A stretch of DNA of 17,557 nucleotides from the NCBI GenBank assembly GCA_002898395.1, contig BEHE01000026.1, positions 1 through 17,557 of the forward strand, given 5' to 3'. A program made the translations under genes and the position numbers. A model generated the notes under the pieces. The model saw only the letters and a list, made by a program, of their open reading frames with translations. It was not told where the DNA came from and made no database searches. The number at the start of each line of letters is the position of its first letter. The stretch's first letter is position 1. Of the stretch, positions 9,006 to 15,664 are shown piece by piece. The DNA comes from Candidatus Calditenuaceae archaeon HR02. Lineage in GTDB: Archaea > Thermoproteota > Nitrososphaeria_A > Caldarchaeales > Calditenuaceae.

Positions 9006-9762
9006 GAGAATTATACCATGTCTTGACGTCCATCATGGAGTAGTTGTGAAGGGTGTCTCATTCAGGGAGCTTCAGGCTGCCGGAGACCCTGTAGCTTTGG
9101 CTGTAAGATATGTGGAGGAGGGCGCTGATGAGCTGGCTCTACTGGACATCTCGGCCTCGATTGAGGGTAGGGAGACATTCATCGACGTCATACGTAGGAT
9201 AGCGTCGGAGATAAACATACCATTTACAGTTGGTGGCGGGATTAGAAATGCAGAGGATGCCTATAGAATACTTGCAAACGGTGCAGACAAGGTGGCTGTA
9301 AATACCGCCGCCATTCAAAGCCCTGACATCATCACAGAGATATCGAAGAGATTCGGCGCGCAATGCGCCGTACTCGCTATCGATGCTAAGCGAGAATATG
9401 GTTCGGGCAGGATGTGGTTCCAAGTATACAGCCACAGCGCCTCTAAGCCGACAGGGCTGGACGCCGTAGAGTGGGCTGTGCGCGGAGAGGGGCTTGGCGC
9501 AGGAGAGATACTGCTCACATCGATCGATCAAGACGGAAGGAGGACTGGATATGACACAGAGCTGCTGCGCCGAATAACTAATGCCGTGTCCATACCAGTG
9601 ATAGCCAGCGGGGGAGCGGGCGATCTCAAACACTTTTTGGAGGCAGTCAAACTCGGTGGCGCGGATGCCGTCCTCGCAGCATCCGTCTTCCACTACGGCG
9701 TCTACACGATCAGGCAGGTGAAAGAATATTTAAAGACACACGGTATAGAGGTCAGGCTATGA
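8995..9762 (+). CDS. hisF: Imidazole glycerol phosphate synthase cyclase subunit HisF
   Basis: KRIIPCLDV, VVKG, GADEL..LDI, GAGEILLTSIDQDG, PVIASGGAG, AASVFH. GTG start overlaps the end of hisA. Confidence 0.97.
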   Translation: MPAKRIIPCLDVHHGVVVKGVSFRELQAAGDPVALAVRYVEEGADELALLDISASIEGRETFIDVIRRIASEINIPFTVGGGIRNAEDAYRILANGADKVAVNTAAIQSPDIITEISKRFGAQCAVLAIDAKREYGSGRMWFQVYSHSASKPTGLDAVEWAVRGEGLGAGEILLTSIDQDGRRTGYDTELLRRITNAVSIPVIASGGAGDLKHFLEAVKLGGADAVLAASVFHYGVYTIRQVKEYLKTHGIEVRL

Positions 9763-10121
9763 GTGGCCCAGAAAAGGTGACGGTCTCAGACCTAGACTTC
9801 TCAAAGCTAGGTGGCTTGGTAAGCGTCATAGTTCAGGACTACGAGACAAGGGAAGTCTTAATGTTCGCACACGCCAACAGGGATGCCGTAGAGAGGACAG
9901 TCCGTGAGGGACTCGCATACTTTTTTAGCAGGTCTAGAGGCAAGCTATGGCTCAAGGGCGAGACCTCAGGAAACTATATGCGAGTCGTCGAGATACTGGT
10001 GGACTGTGACGGCGACGCAATTATATACCGTGTTATACCAGAAGGCCCTGCCTGCCATCTAGGCACTCGAACATGCTTCACTAGACTCTTAACAGCCGAC
10101 CACGGTAGTCGCATAGGATAA
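9759..10121 (+). CDS. hisI: Phosphoribosyl-AMP cyclohydrolase HisI
   Basis: SRSR.KLWLKGETSGN, DCDGD, PACHLG.RTCF. ATGA overlap with hisF. No HisE domain fused. Confidence 0.96.
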   Translation: MSGPEKVTVSDLDFSKLGGLVSVIVQDYETREVLMFAHANRDAVERTVREGLAYFFSRSRGKLWLKGETSGNYMRVVEILVDCDGDAIIYRVIPEGPACHLGTRTCFTRLLTADHGSRIG

Positions 10122-10177
10122 GAATATTCATGTAGCGAGCCAGGGGCTGGACAGCCTGGTGAACTTCACTAGACTCT
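10076..10177 (+). repeat. 14-bp perfect direct repeat CTTCACTAGACTCT, 88-bp period, at the hisI 3' end
   Basis: Copies at 10076-10089 and 10164-10177. The second copy reads TTC ACT AGA CTC TAA (FTRL-stop). Confidence 0.8.
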
Positions 10178-10245
10178 AAATTATCGAAATTGTATAACTG
10201 GGTTAAGTAGATATAGTAGATAGGGAATAAATAGACTCGATACCG

Positions 10246-10671
10246 ATGGTCCGACAAGTTGATTTCAAGTCAGCACCCATAGATCCTGATTTTTCCAAGA
10301 AGTTCCCAAAAACGGGCGAGCATCATGGCCACGCAGTATGGGCTGAGGGGGTAGAGAGACCAGACGGTGAGGGTAAGCCATACCCGACGAAACTGGGAAT
10401 CCACGGCACAGCCGTGGCGGTGGATCTCGATTGCTGTGTAGCTGATGGGGCATGCATGGATGTCTGCCCAGTCAACGTGTTTGAATGGCTCCTGAACCCA
10501 GGCTTTTCAGGCACGGGGAAGGATAGAATCATTGACCCGGAGAAGGATAAGGAGCTCTGGGGGAAATACAGGACAGACAAGTCTGACCCCATCAGAGAGG
10601 CCGACTGCATCTTCTGCATGGCATGCGAGTCTGCATGCCCGGTCCAAGCAATCAAGATAACTCCGCCATAA
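10246..10671 (+). CDS. zfx: Zinc-containing 7Fe ferredoxin (3Fe-4S + 4Fe-4S), long Thermoplasma-like form
   Basis: GEHHGH and LGIHG (Zn-ligand histidines), CVADGACMDVCP (CxxDxxCxxxCP), KSDP (Zn Asp position), CIFCMACESACP, terminal ITPP. Confidence 0.92.
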   Translation: MVRQVDFKSAPIDPDFSKKFPKTGEHHGHAVWAEGVERPDGEGKPYPTKLGIHGTAVAVDLDCCVADGACMDVCPVNVFEWLLNPGFSGTGKDRIIDPEKDKELWGKYRTDKSDPIREADCIFCMACESACPVQAIKITPP

Positions 10672-10743
10672 CAGCCCAAAGTAATTTTTCCCCGAGTCCA
10701 CTCTCTGAGCCTTCTTTGAAACTGCCCCTCCGTTTTCGAGTAT

Positions 10744-11163
10744 TTAGTCGCCTATGATGGTCACGAGGATCCGCCTCTCCCTCGCGCGGGTGTCCAGCTC
10801 TATTAGGACGAGTTGTTGCCAGGTCCCAGTGGTTAGGGAGCCGTTTCTGATAGGCACGCAGAGGGAGGGGCCGACTATCGAGGCTCTTATGTGGGAGTGG
10901 CCGTTATCATCTCCCCATCTCTCATGGTGCTTGTAGTAGGCATTTTTAGGAGCTATCCGCTCCAATGCACCCCGAATATCCTCTATAAGCCCCGGCTCAT
11001 ACTCCATGGTTGTCAGCGCAGCTGTAGAGCCGACCACGTAGAGGTGGGCGACACCGTTTTTCACTCCCGACCGCTCAATGTAGCCCTCAACCCTCTCGGT
11101 TATGTCCACGACATCGTTTTCGCCCCGTGTCCTAACGACTATCTCGCCTGTATAGGTTGGCAT
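10744..11163 (-). CDS. yjbQ: YjbQ / UPF0047 family protein (secondary thiamine-phosphate synthase-like)
   Basis: DITERV, GSTAALTTMEYEPGL, Y.HH..GDDNGHSHIRAS, GTWQQLVLIELD. Confidence 0.93.
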   Translation of the reverse strand: MPTYTGEIVVRTRGENDVVDITERVEGYIERSGVKNGVAHLYVVGSTAALTTMEYEPGLIEDIRGALERIAPKNAYYKHHERWGDDNGHSHIRASIVGPSLCVPIRNGSLTTGTWQQLVLIELDTRARERRILVTIIGD

Positions 11164-11199
11164 CTCCCCACCAGAAATCTTCCAGCGTGGTCTATATTT

Positions 11200-12150
11200 T
11201 TACTCTGAGCCGTATCTCTCCCGGAGCTCGCCGGTGGGCAGAAAAAGCCTCTCAAGTTCGGCATATCTGCTGATGCCAACGAATTCGTGGATGTTCTCGA
11301 AGAGTGTGCCTTCGAGCTCAGACTCAAGTCGCCAGTGGGCCTCCTCCAGCTCCTCTGCCAGTCCCTTCAGATACTTCCAGACAGAGACTAGCTCAGCCTG
11401 AAGACTACCCATGCTCACCAAAAGGAGCTTATACCCCATAGCGGCCACCTCCTTGAAACGTAGCCTCCACTTGCTCTTTGACCACTTGAAGGATGAGGAG
11501 TAGTTGAAAAGGAGGGGAATGTCTGGATGCTGAGCGAGGACCCTTTCCGCAAAGATTTTTGCCGCCTCGTCGTCGGGCGATCTGAACTCCGCCCAAACCA
11601 CATCAGCTCCAGCGTCAGCATATGCTATCCCCCTTCTGACAGCCTCCTCAACGGTCCCACCCTCAGACCCCAACACGTCGGTCCTAGCGATTATCACCAA
11701 GTCTCTATCCACTTCATCCCGCGCCCTCAGGATAGATTTCATCTTCAACAATGCTTCATCAAATGGGAGTACTAGTTTACCGGCTAGGTGTCCGCATCTC
11801 TTGGGAAACCTCTGGTCCTCCACATGTATTCCAGCAACTCCAATCCTCGCGAACTCCTCCACAGTCCTTATAGCCGTCACCGCGTTTCCATAAGCGTCGT
11901 CAGCATCCGAGATCACCGGCTTTCTAACAGTCCGCGCTATCATTCCAGCGAAGTTCACCATGTCTGAGAGGTTTAGGAACCCTATGTCAGGTCTGAGCAG
12001 ATATCCTATCGAACATGAGTAGCCGCTGACGTAGATGCAGTTATGCCCCGCGAGCTCGGCTAGCCGTGCCTGAACAGGTGTATAAACCCCCGCAGTAAAG
12101 ACTAGGCGCTCACCCTTTAATAGGTTCCTCAAAAGCCTGCCGGCCGACAT
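11200..12150 (-). CDS. aceA: Isocitrate lyase/PEP-mutase superfamily enzyme; most likely short (haloarchaeal-like) isocitrate lyase, alternatively 2-methylisocitrate lyase
   Basis: YVSGY, PVISDADDAYG, HVEDQ..PKRCGHL.GK (KRCGH at 11788-11802), IIARTD and ICL-type FNYSSSFKW (11482-11508). The superfamily is secure; the exact substrate is inferred. Confidence 0.7.
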   Translation of the reverse strand: MSAGRLLRNLLKGERLVFTAGVYTPVQARLAELAGHNCIYVSGYSCSIGYLLRPDIGFLNLSDMVNFAGMIARTVRKPVISDADDAYGNAVTAIRTVEEFARIGVAGIHVEDQRFPKRCGHLAGKLVLPFDEALLKMKSILRARDEVDRDLVIIARTDVLGSEGGTVEEAVRRGIAYADAGADVVWAEFRSPDDEAAKIFAERVLAQHPDIPLLFNYSSSFKWSKSKWRLRFKEVAAMGYKLLLVSMGSLQAELVSVWKYLKGLAEELEEAHWRLESELEGTLFENIHEFVGISRYAELERLFLPTGELRERYGSE

Positions 12151-12172
12151 ACAGACGTACAGGGCGGCTGGC

Positions 12173-12188
12173 CTTGAAAAAGGTTTAC
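12173..12188 (-). promoter_or_regulatory. BRE/TATA-like promoter of the lyase gene
   Basis: Minus strand GTAAACCTTTTTCAAG ends about 23 nt before ATG 12150, consistent with a leaderless transcript. Confidence 0.45.
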
Positions 12189-12199
12189 ATCAAGCCAGG

Positions 12200-12406
12200 G
12201 ATAGTGTCCGGATAAGGGGTCTTTATTAGTAATACTTCTTGGCTTGCTCTGTACATTTAAAAAAGGATCGTAATGACGTCCTTGAGGCCCTCTAGGTGCT
12301 GCAGGATGCCCGGCACCTTAACCTCAAGACTCTCCGCTACATCTGAAACGATATCATTACAACCAGGCCCCGCCTATGAATTATGGCAGCTTATCCGGAC
12401 ACTATC
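12200..12406. mobile_element. MITE (207 bp) with perfect 17-bp TIRs and 8-bp target-site duplication
   Basis: 12200-12216 GATAGTGTCCGGATAAG is the exact reverse complement of 12390-12406 CTTATCCGGACACTATC. AAGCCAGG directly flanks both ends (12192-12199 and 12407-12414). No transposase inside. Confidence 0.92.
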
Positions 12407-12417
12407 AAGCCAGGTAT

Positions 12418-12432
12418 GGAAGGATTTTTATG
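12418..12432 (+). promoter_or_regulatory. BRE/TATA-like promoter of the MazG-like gene
   Basis: GGAAGGATTTTTATG, then SD-like GAGGGAGG (12462-12469) and TTG 12474. Confidence 0.45.
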
Positions 12433-12473
12433 TCGTATTCGTATCTGCAGTTGAGGCTGCTGAGGGAGGGGCC

Positions 12474-12761
12474 TTGGAGCTGAGTGATTGCCAGAAGTTG
12501 ATGGCGCGAATATATGGTGAGCGCGACGCAGCGCGAGGTGCTGAGAAGACGCTCTTGTGGATGCTCTCAGAGGCTGGGGAAGTGGCCGACGCATATGTTA
12601 AAAACTCTAAAAACATTGGGCCTGAGCTTGCCGACCTCCTGGCATGGATGCTCAGCACATGTAATGTCTTGGGAATCGATATTCAAAAGGAGTTCCTCTC
12701 AAGGTATAGTGCAGGCTGTCCGCGCTGCGGGCAAATACCCTGCATATGCCCCGTCCTCTAG
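12474..12761 (+). CDS. MazG-like nucleotide pyrophosphohydrolase with C-terminal Cys cluster
   Basis: Q..M.RIYGERD..RG, W..SEAGEVA, ELADLLAW and C-terminal CPRCGQIPCICP. Likely start is in-frame TTG 12474 after an SD. The track's extension to 12273 runs through the MITE. Confidence 0.85.
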   Translation: MELSDCQKLMARIYGERDAARGAEKTLLWMLSEAGEVADAYVKNSKNIGPELADLLAWMLSTCNVLGIDIQKEFLSRYSAGCPRCGQIPCICPVL

Positions 12762-12922
12762 TCTCTGCTCCTCCTCTTCACAATCTTGATTCTGCAGAGC
12801 AGGTAGTCTCCATCCCTAATGTCGAAGATCTTCCTAATCTCTTCTGGGATAGTGATACGTCCTCCTGCCGTCACTTCTGCGAAGAAGGGCACATCCTCCT
12901 CCTTTACCGTTACCTCTCCCAT
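12758..12922 (-). CDS. AbrB/MazE/SpoVT-family DNA-binding protein (54 aa; not in ORF track)
   Basis: Manual translation MGEVTVKEEDVPFFAEVTAGGRITIPEEIRKIFDIRDGDYLLCRIKIVKRRSRD* has the GRITIP.EIR....I..GD signature. The stop overlaps the MazG stop by 4 nt (convergent). Confidence 0.9.
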   Translation of the reverse strand: MGEVTVKEEDVPFFAEVTAGGRITIPEEIRKIFDIRDGDYLLCRIKIVKRRSRD

Positions 12923-12965
12923 CGCATTTACCTTACATATCGCTCACTTTTTTAATCTTCTCTCT

Positions 12966-13937
12966 TCAGCCAAGCACCTCCACCTCCCCTCCTATACCTG
13001 AGACCAGCACGTCAAAGCCTCCAGCCCGAATCTCCTCCGCAACTCTCTCGGCATCTTCTGGAAGAGTGTTTACGTAGACGGTTGGTCCTGTCTGCATAGA
13101 GAAGTAGGCTGCTACACCTTTTCCTCTCAGCCTCTTGACGATCTCTATCACCCGTAGGGATTCCGGCGTCATGAGTATTGTTGCTTGGGTGCCGGTCATA
13201 GTTACCGCATGCAATTCAAGAGAGTCCCTCTCCACGAGTTCGCCGAACCTCTTGAAGTCCCCGTCCTTAATCGCCCTCTCTAGCTCTATGCACCGCCTAT
13301 TGGCCGACTCTACCCTTGCCCAGAGGAATGGTGAGGTCTCAGCCTCCCTATGCGCTGTCTCTGTGGAGATGTCAAGCCAGAGCGGGACGATAATGTGTCT
13401 TATGTCTAGGTCAGTGGCGTCTCCTATTCTTATGGCATAGCTGTCCTCATCGCTTGTCCCGGCCAGCCACTTGGCGTATGCTCCAACAACCGAGCGGCAG
13501 GCCGAGCCGGCCAGTAGCCTCGCGATTCGTGACAGGAGTTTGAGGTCCCATCCAAACTTTTTGTCGAGTGAGGCTGCCTTGTAGGCCGCTGCGGCTATTG
13601 CTGCACCTGCTGAAGAAGAGAAGCCCATACCCTTGGCCCTTATCCTCGGGTGATTTTCAGCCTCCACGATGCATCTATCATCAATACCCGCTAGGGCCCT
13701 CACCTTATCTATGACCGCAATGACACGCTCTCGGGGGCGTCCTTCAAGCTCGACACCACCTGACAAAACCTTATCACTCTCATATGAGCCAAAAGTTACT
13801 CGCGCAGTGGTGTATGCGACATCCGTGTTCACTGATATGCTGTCATGGTATGGAATCCTCAGACTCCAGTTCCTCAGGCCGTGATACTTTACGAGGGCCT
13901 GCATAGTATAGGCCTTAGCAGCCGCGCCCCTAGCCAC
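12966..13937 (-). CDS. mvaD: Phosphomevalonate/diphosphomevalonate decarboxylase (GHMP family), haloarchaeal PMD-like
   Basis: QALVKYHG....LRIPYHDSISV, KGMGFSSSAGAA, AR..AGSACRS, E.DS..LH..TMT, SMQTGPTVYVN. GTG start. Confidence 0.9.
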   Translation of the reverse strand: MARGAAAKAYTMQALVKYHGLRNWSLRIPYHDSISVNTDVAYTTARVTFGSYESDKVLSGGVELEGRPRERVIAVIDKVRALAGIDDRCIVEAENHPRIRAKGMGFSSSAGAAIAAAAYKAASLDKKFGWDLKLLSRIARLLAGSACRSVVGAYAKWLAGTSDEDSYAIRIGDATDLDIRHIIVPLWLDISTETAHREAETSPFLWARVESANRRCIELERAIKDGDFKRFGELVERDSLELHAVTMTGTQATILMTPESLRVIEIVKRLRGKGVAAYFSMQTGPTVYVNTLPEDAERVAEEIRAGGFDVLVSGIGGEVEVLG

Positions 13938-13995
13938 AAACTAATGATTGTAAGCGCCTTCTATTCATAGTATGCCCATGGGCGGCGTTTGAGGG

Positions 13996-14008
13996 AAGGG
14001 CTTTTAAC
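13996..14008 (+). promoter_or_regulatory. BRE/TATA-like promoter of mptD
   Basis: GAAGGGCTTTTAA lies about 30 nt upstream of TTG 14039. Confidence 0.45.
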
Positions 14009-14038
14009 AGCTATACTCTACAACTCCGGCGAGTAGGG

Positions 14039-14431
14039 TTGAGGAGAATAAGCGATCCGGGAAGGAAGTATTTCTACAAGGGTCTAAGCGATTCGGAGAG
14101 AGCAGCTTTCGAGGCTGGAGTCGCACTAGCCACCGCGTACCACTACCTCCTCGGCCTCCCACTACCGAGAAGACCCGCCTCGATCAAGAGGTTGCTAGTC
14201 CATATGAGCGAGGGACTTGCCGCCCAGCCGTTTAGGGAGAGGGTAAAAGTAAGGGTTAAGCGGCTTCGTATCGGGAAGTCTGCCTACAAGTACGGTCGTA
14301 TAGACGCTAGGAACATCGAGGTAAGCGTTGTAGTCAGGTATGGTCGAAGCAGGGTCTGGGGGAGGCTTAGCTGGCTGGAGGAGCTAGACTATCCACTCAT
14401 GAGGATTGAAAAAGTCGTTCGCGGACAGTAG
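14039..14431 (+). CDS. mptD: Archaeal dihydroneopterin aldolase (MptD family)
   Basis: KYF...SDSERAAFEAGVALATAYH..LG.P, QPF, V.VRYG and L.W.EELDYPLM. Confidence 0.85.
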   Translation: MRRISDPGRKYFYKGLSDSERAAFEAGVALATAYHYLLGLPLPRRPASIKRLLVHMSEGLAAQPFRERVKVRVKRLRIGKSAYKYGRIDARNIEVSVVVRYGRSRVWGRLSWLEELDYPLMRIEKVVRGQ

Positions 14432-14461
14432 TAGTATCAGCACCCCTTAAAGCCTTGCGGA

Positions 14462-14599
14462 CTAGTGGCTGCAGAGCGAGGCGGAGTCACCGCTCATCCT
14501 CTCGTAGCACTCGTCGCAGAGTGCTTGGCCGCGATACATGTTGAGCCTCTTTATGACTGCTCCACACCGTGAGCAGACCCTATAACTCTCTGAGCTCAT
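14462..14599 (-). CDS. Small zinc-finger-like microprotein (45 aa; not in ORF track)
   Basis: Manual translation MSSESYRVCSRCGAVIKRLNMYRGQALCDECYERMSGDSASLCSH* has CxxCG...LCxxCY. TTATAT box at 14631-14626 is about 27 nt upstream. It fills the intergenic gap without overlaps. Confidence 0.75.
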   Translation of the reverse strand: MSSESYRVCSRCGAVIKRLNMYRGQALCDECYERMSGDSASLCSH

Positions 14600-14676
14600 T
14601 CATATCTAGCAGCAGCGCCTCCGGCATATAAGCCGCGGCCTCCCACACAACTGGGCTGAAACACTTTTCCAAAGCC

Positions 14677-15603
14677 CTACTTATTCGCCCGGGCCATTTG
14701 GAGAAAACAATATCTAGGAAACTCGCGCAAGATCTTTTTATAATGCGCTTCTACAGGCATCAATGTTACAAGACTATCTATTTCTCTCAACGTCTCCTCT
14801 AGGATTTCTGGCACATACCCCTGGAATCCACGAAGGGCCCTCCACACGTTTATGAGTTCCCGGAGACGCCCGCTCTTTAGCGCAAAGTATCCCTGCCTTA
14901 TCAGCTCCTCGATTCGTCCTAGGTTCCGCACCAGTCCAACAACACCTTTTCCAGAGAGCATCTCACCGTAATCATCGCCCAGTTGGTAGACAATGCCCAC
15001 GCATCGCCCATAGTTCTTTGCCAGCTTGCGGACATGTTCAGGAGCCCCTGCAAGTATGGCTGCAGACTCGGCGGCGGCAGCGAAGAGTGAAGCAGTCTTG
15101 TTCTCTATGATTCGCAGGTAGAGCAGCTTAGACGGTGGAGTGGTTGAGAGTATCTCCTCTAGAACACCTAGCGAGGCCCTATCCCACGCCTCGAGGAAGA
15201 TCCTAGAGATCTCAACACCCTTCTCGAGAACCGTCTTGAATGCGAGGTTAATGATTCTGTGACCCTCAACTATCGCCCTGCTGATCCCAACCTGTCTCCA
15301 CAGGGCCGGCTTTCCCCGCCTCAGACTGTCCCAGTCAACAATGTCGTCATGGACGAGGCTCGCGGCATGTGCTAGCTCTAAGGCGAACGCGACATCAAGG
15401 GCGGACTCCCGGTCTTTCCCAGCCAGCGCTTCAAAGACCAGCAATAGGAAGATAGGCCGCAGCCTCTTTCCACCATAGATAGCCCTCTCCAAGATTCCCT
15501 TATCAGGCCTGTGGCTTAGCCGCATCTCAATCCAAGATTCAAGCTCCCTCTTATGTGCGTCGAGATGCTCGACGATGTCAACGCTGTAAGACAGCACCCC
15601 CAT
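14677..15603 (-). CDS. trans-polyprenyl diphosphate synthase
   Basis: GGKRLRP, ELAHAASLVHDDIVDWD..RRG (FARM), KTASLF and YQLGDDYGE (degenerate SARM). Confidence 0.9.
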   Translation of the reverse strand: MGVLSYSVDIVEHLDAHKRELESWIEMRLSHRPDKGILERAIYGGKRLRPIFLLLVFEALAGKDRESALDVAFALELAHAASLVHDDIVDWDSLRRGKPALWRQVGISRAIVEGHRIINLAFKTVLEKGVEISRIFLEAWDRASLGVLEEILSTTPPSKLLYLRIIENKTASLFAAAAESAAILAGAPEHVRKLAKNYGRCVGIVYQLGDDYGEMLSGKGVVGLVRNLGRIEELIRQGYFALKSGRLRELINVWRALRGFQGYVPEILEETLREIDSLVTLMPVEAHYKKILREFPRYCFLQMARANK

Positions 15604-15664
15604 TATGTCCAGTCCGGGTAGACAATACTTAGTCCTGTAATAAAGCTAGTGCCATATCATGGAG

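Noticed and set aside
12273-12473. N-terminal extension of the MazG-like ORF given in the track
   Set aside because: It runs through the MITE and promoter. Family similarity begins at TTG 12474, which has an SD.
12474-12922. A mazEFG toxin-antitoxin or anti-viral system
   Set aside because: There is no toxin gene, the two genes are convergent, and both families are common stand-alone archaeal genes.
13975-13984. Palindrome GCCCATGGGC between divergent mvaD and mptD
   Set aside because: A single 10-bp palindrome is expected by chance in a window of this size, and I saw no second copy.
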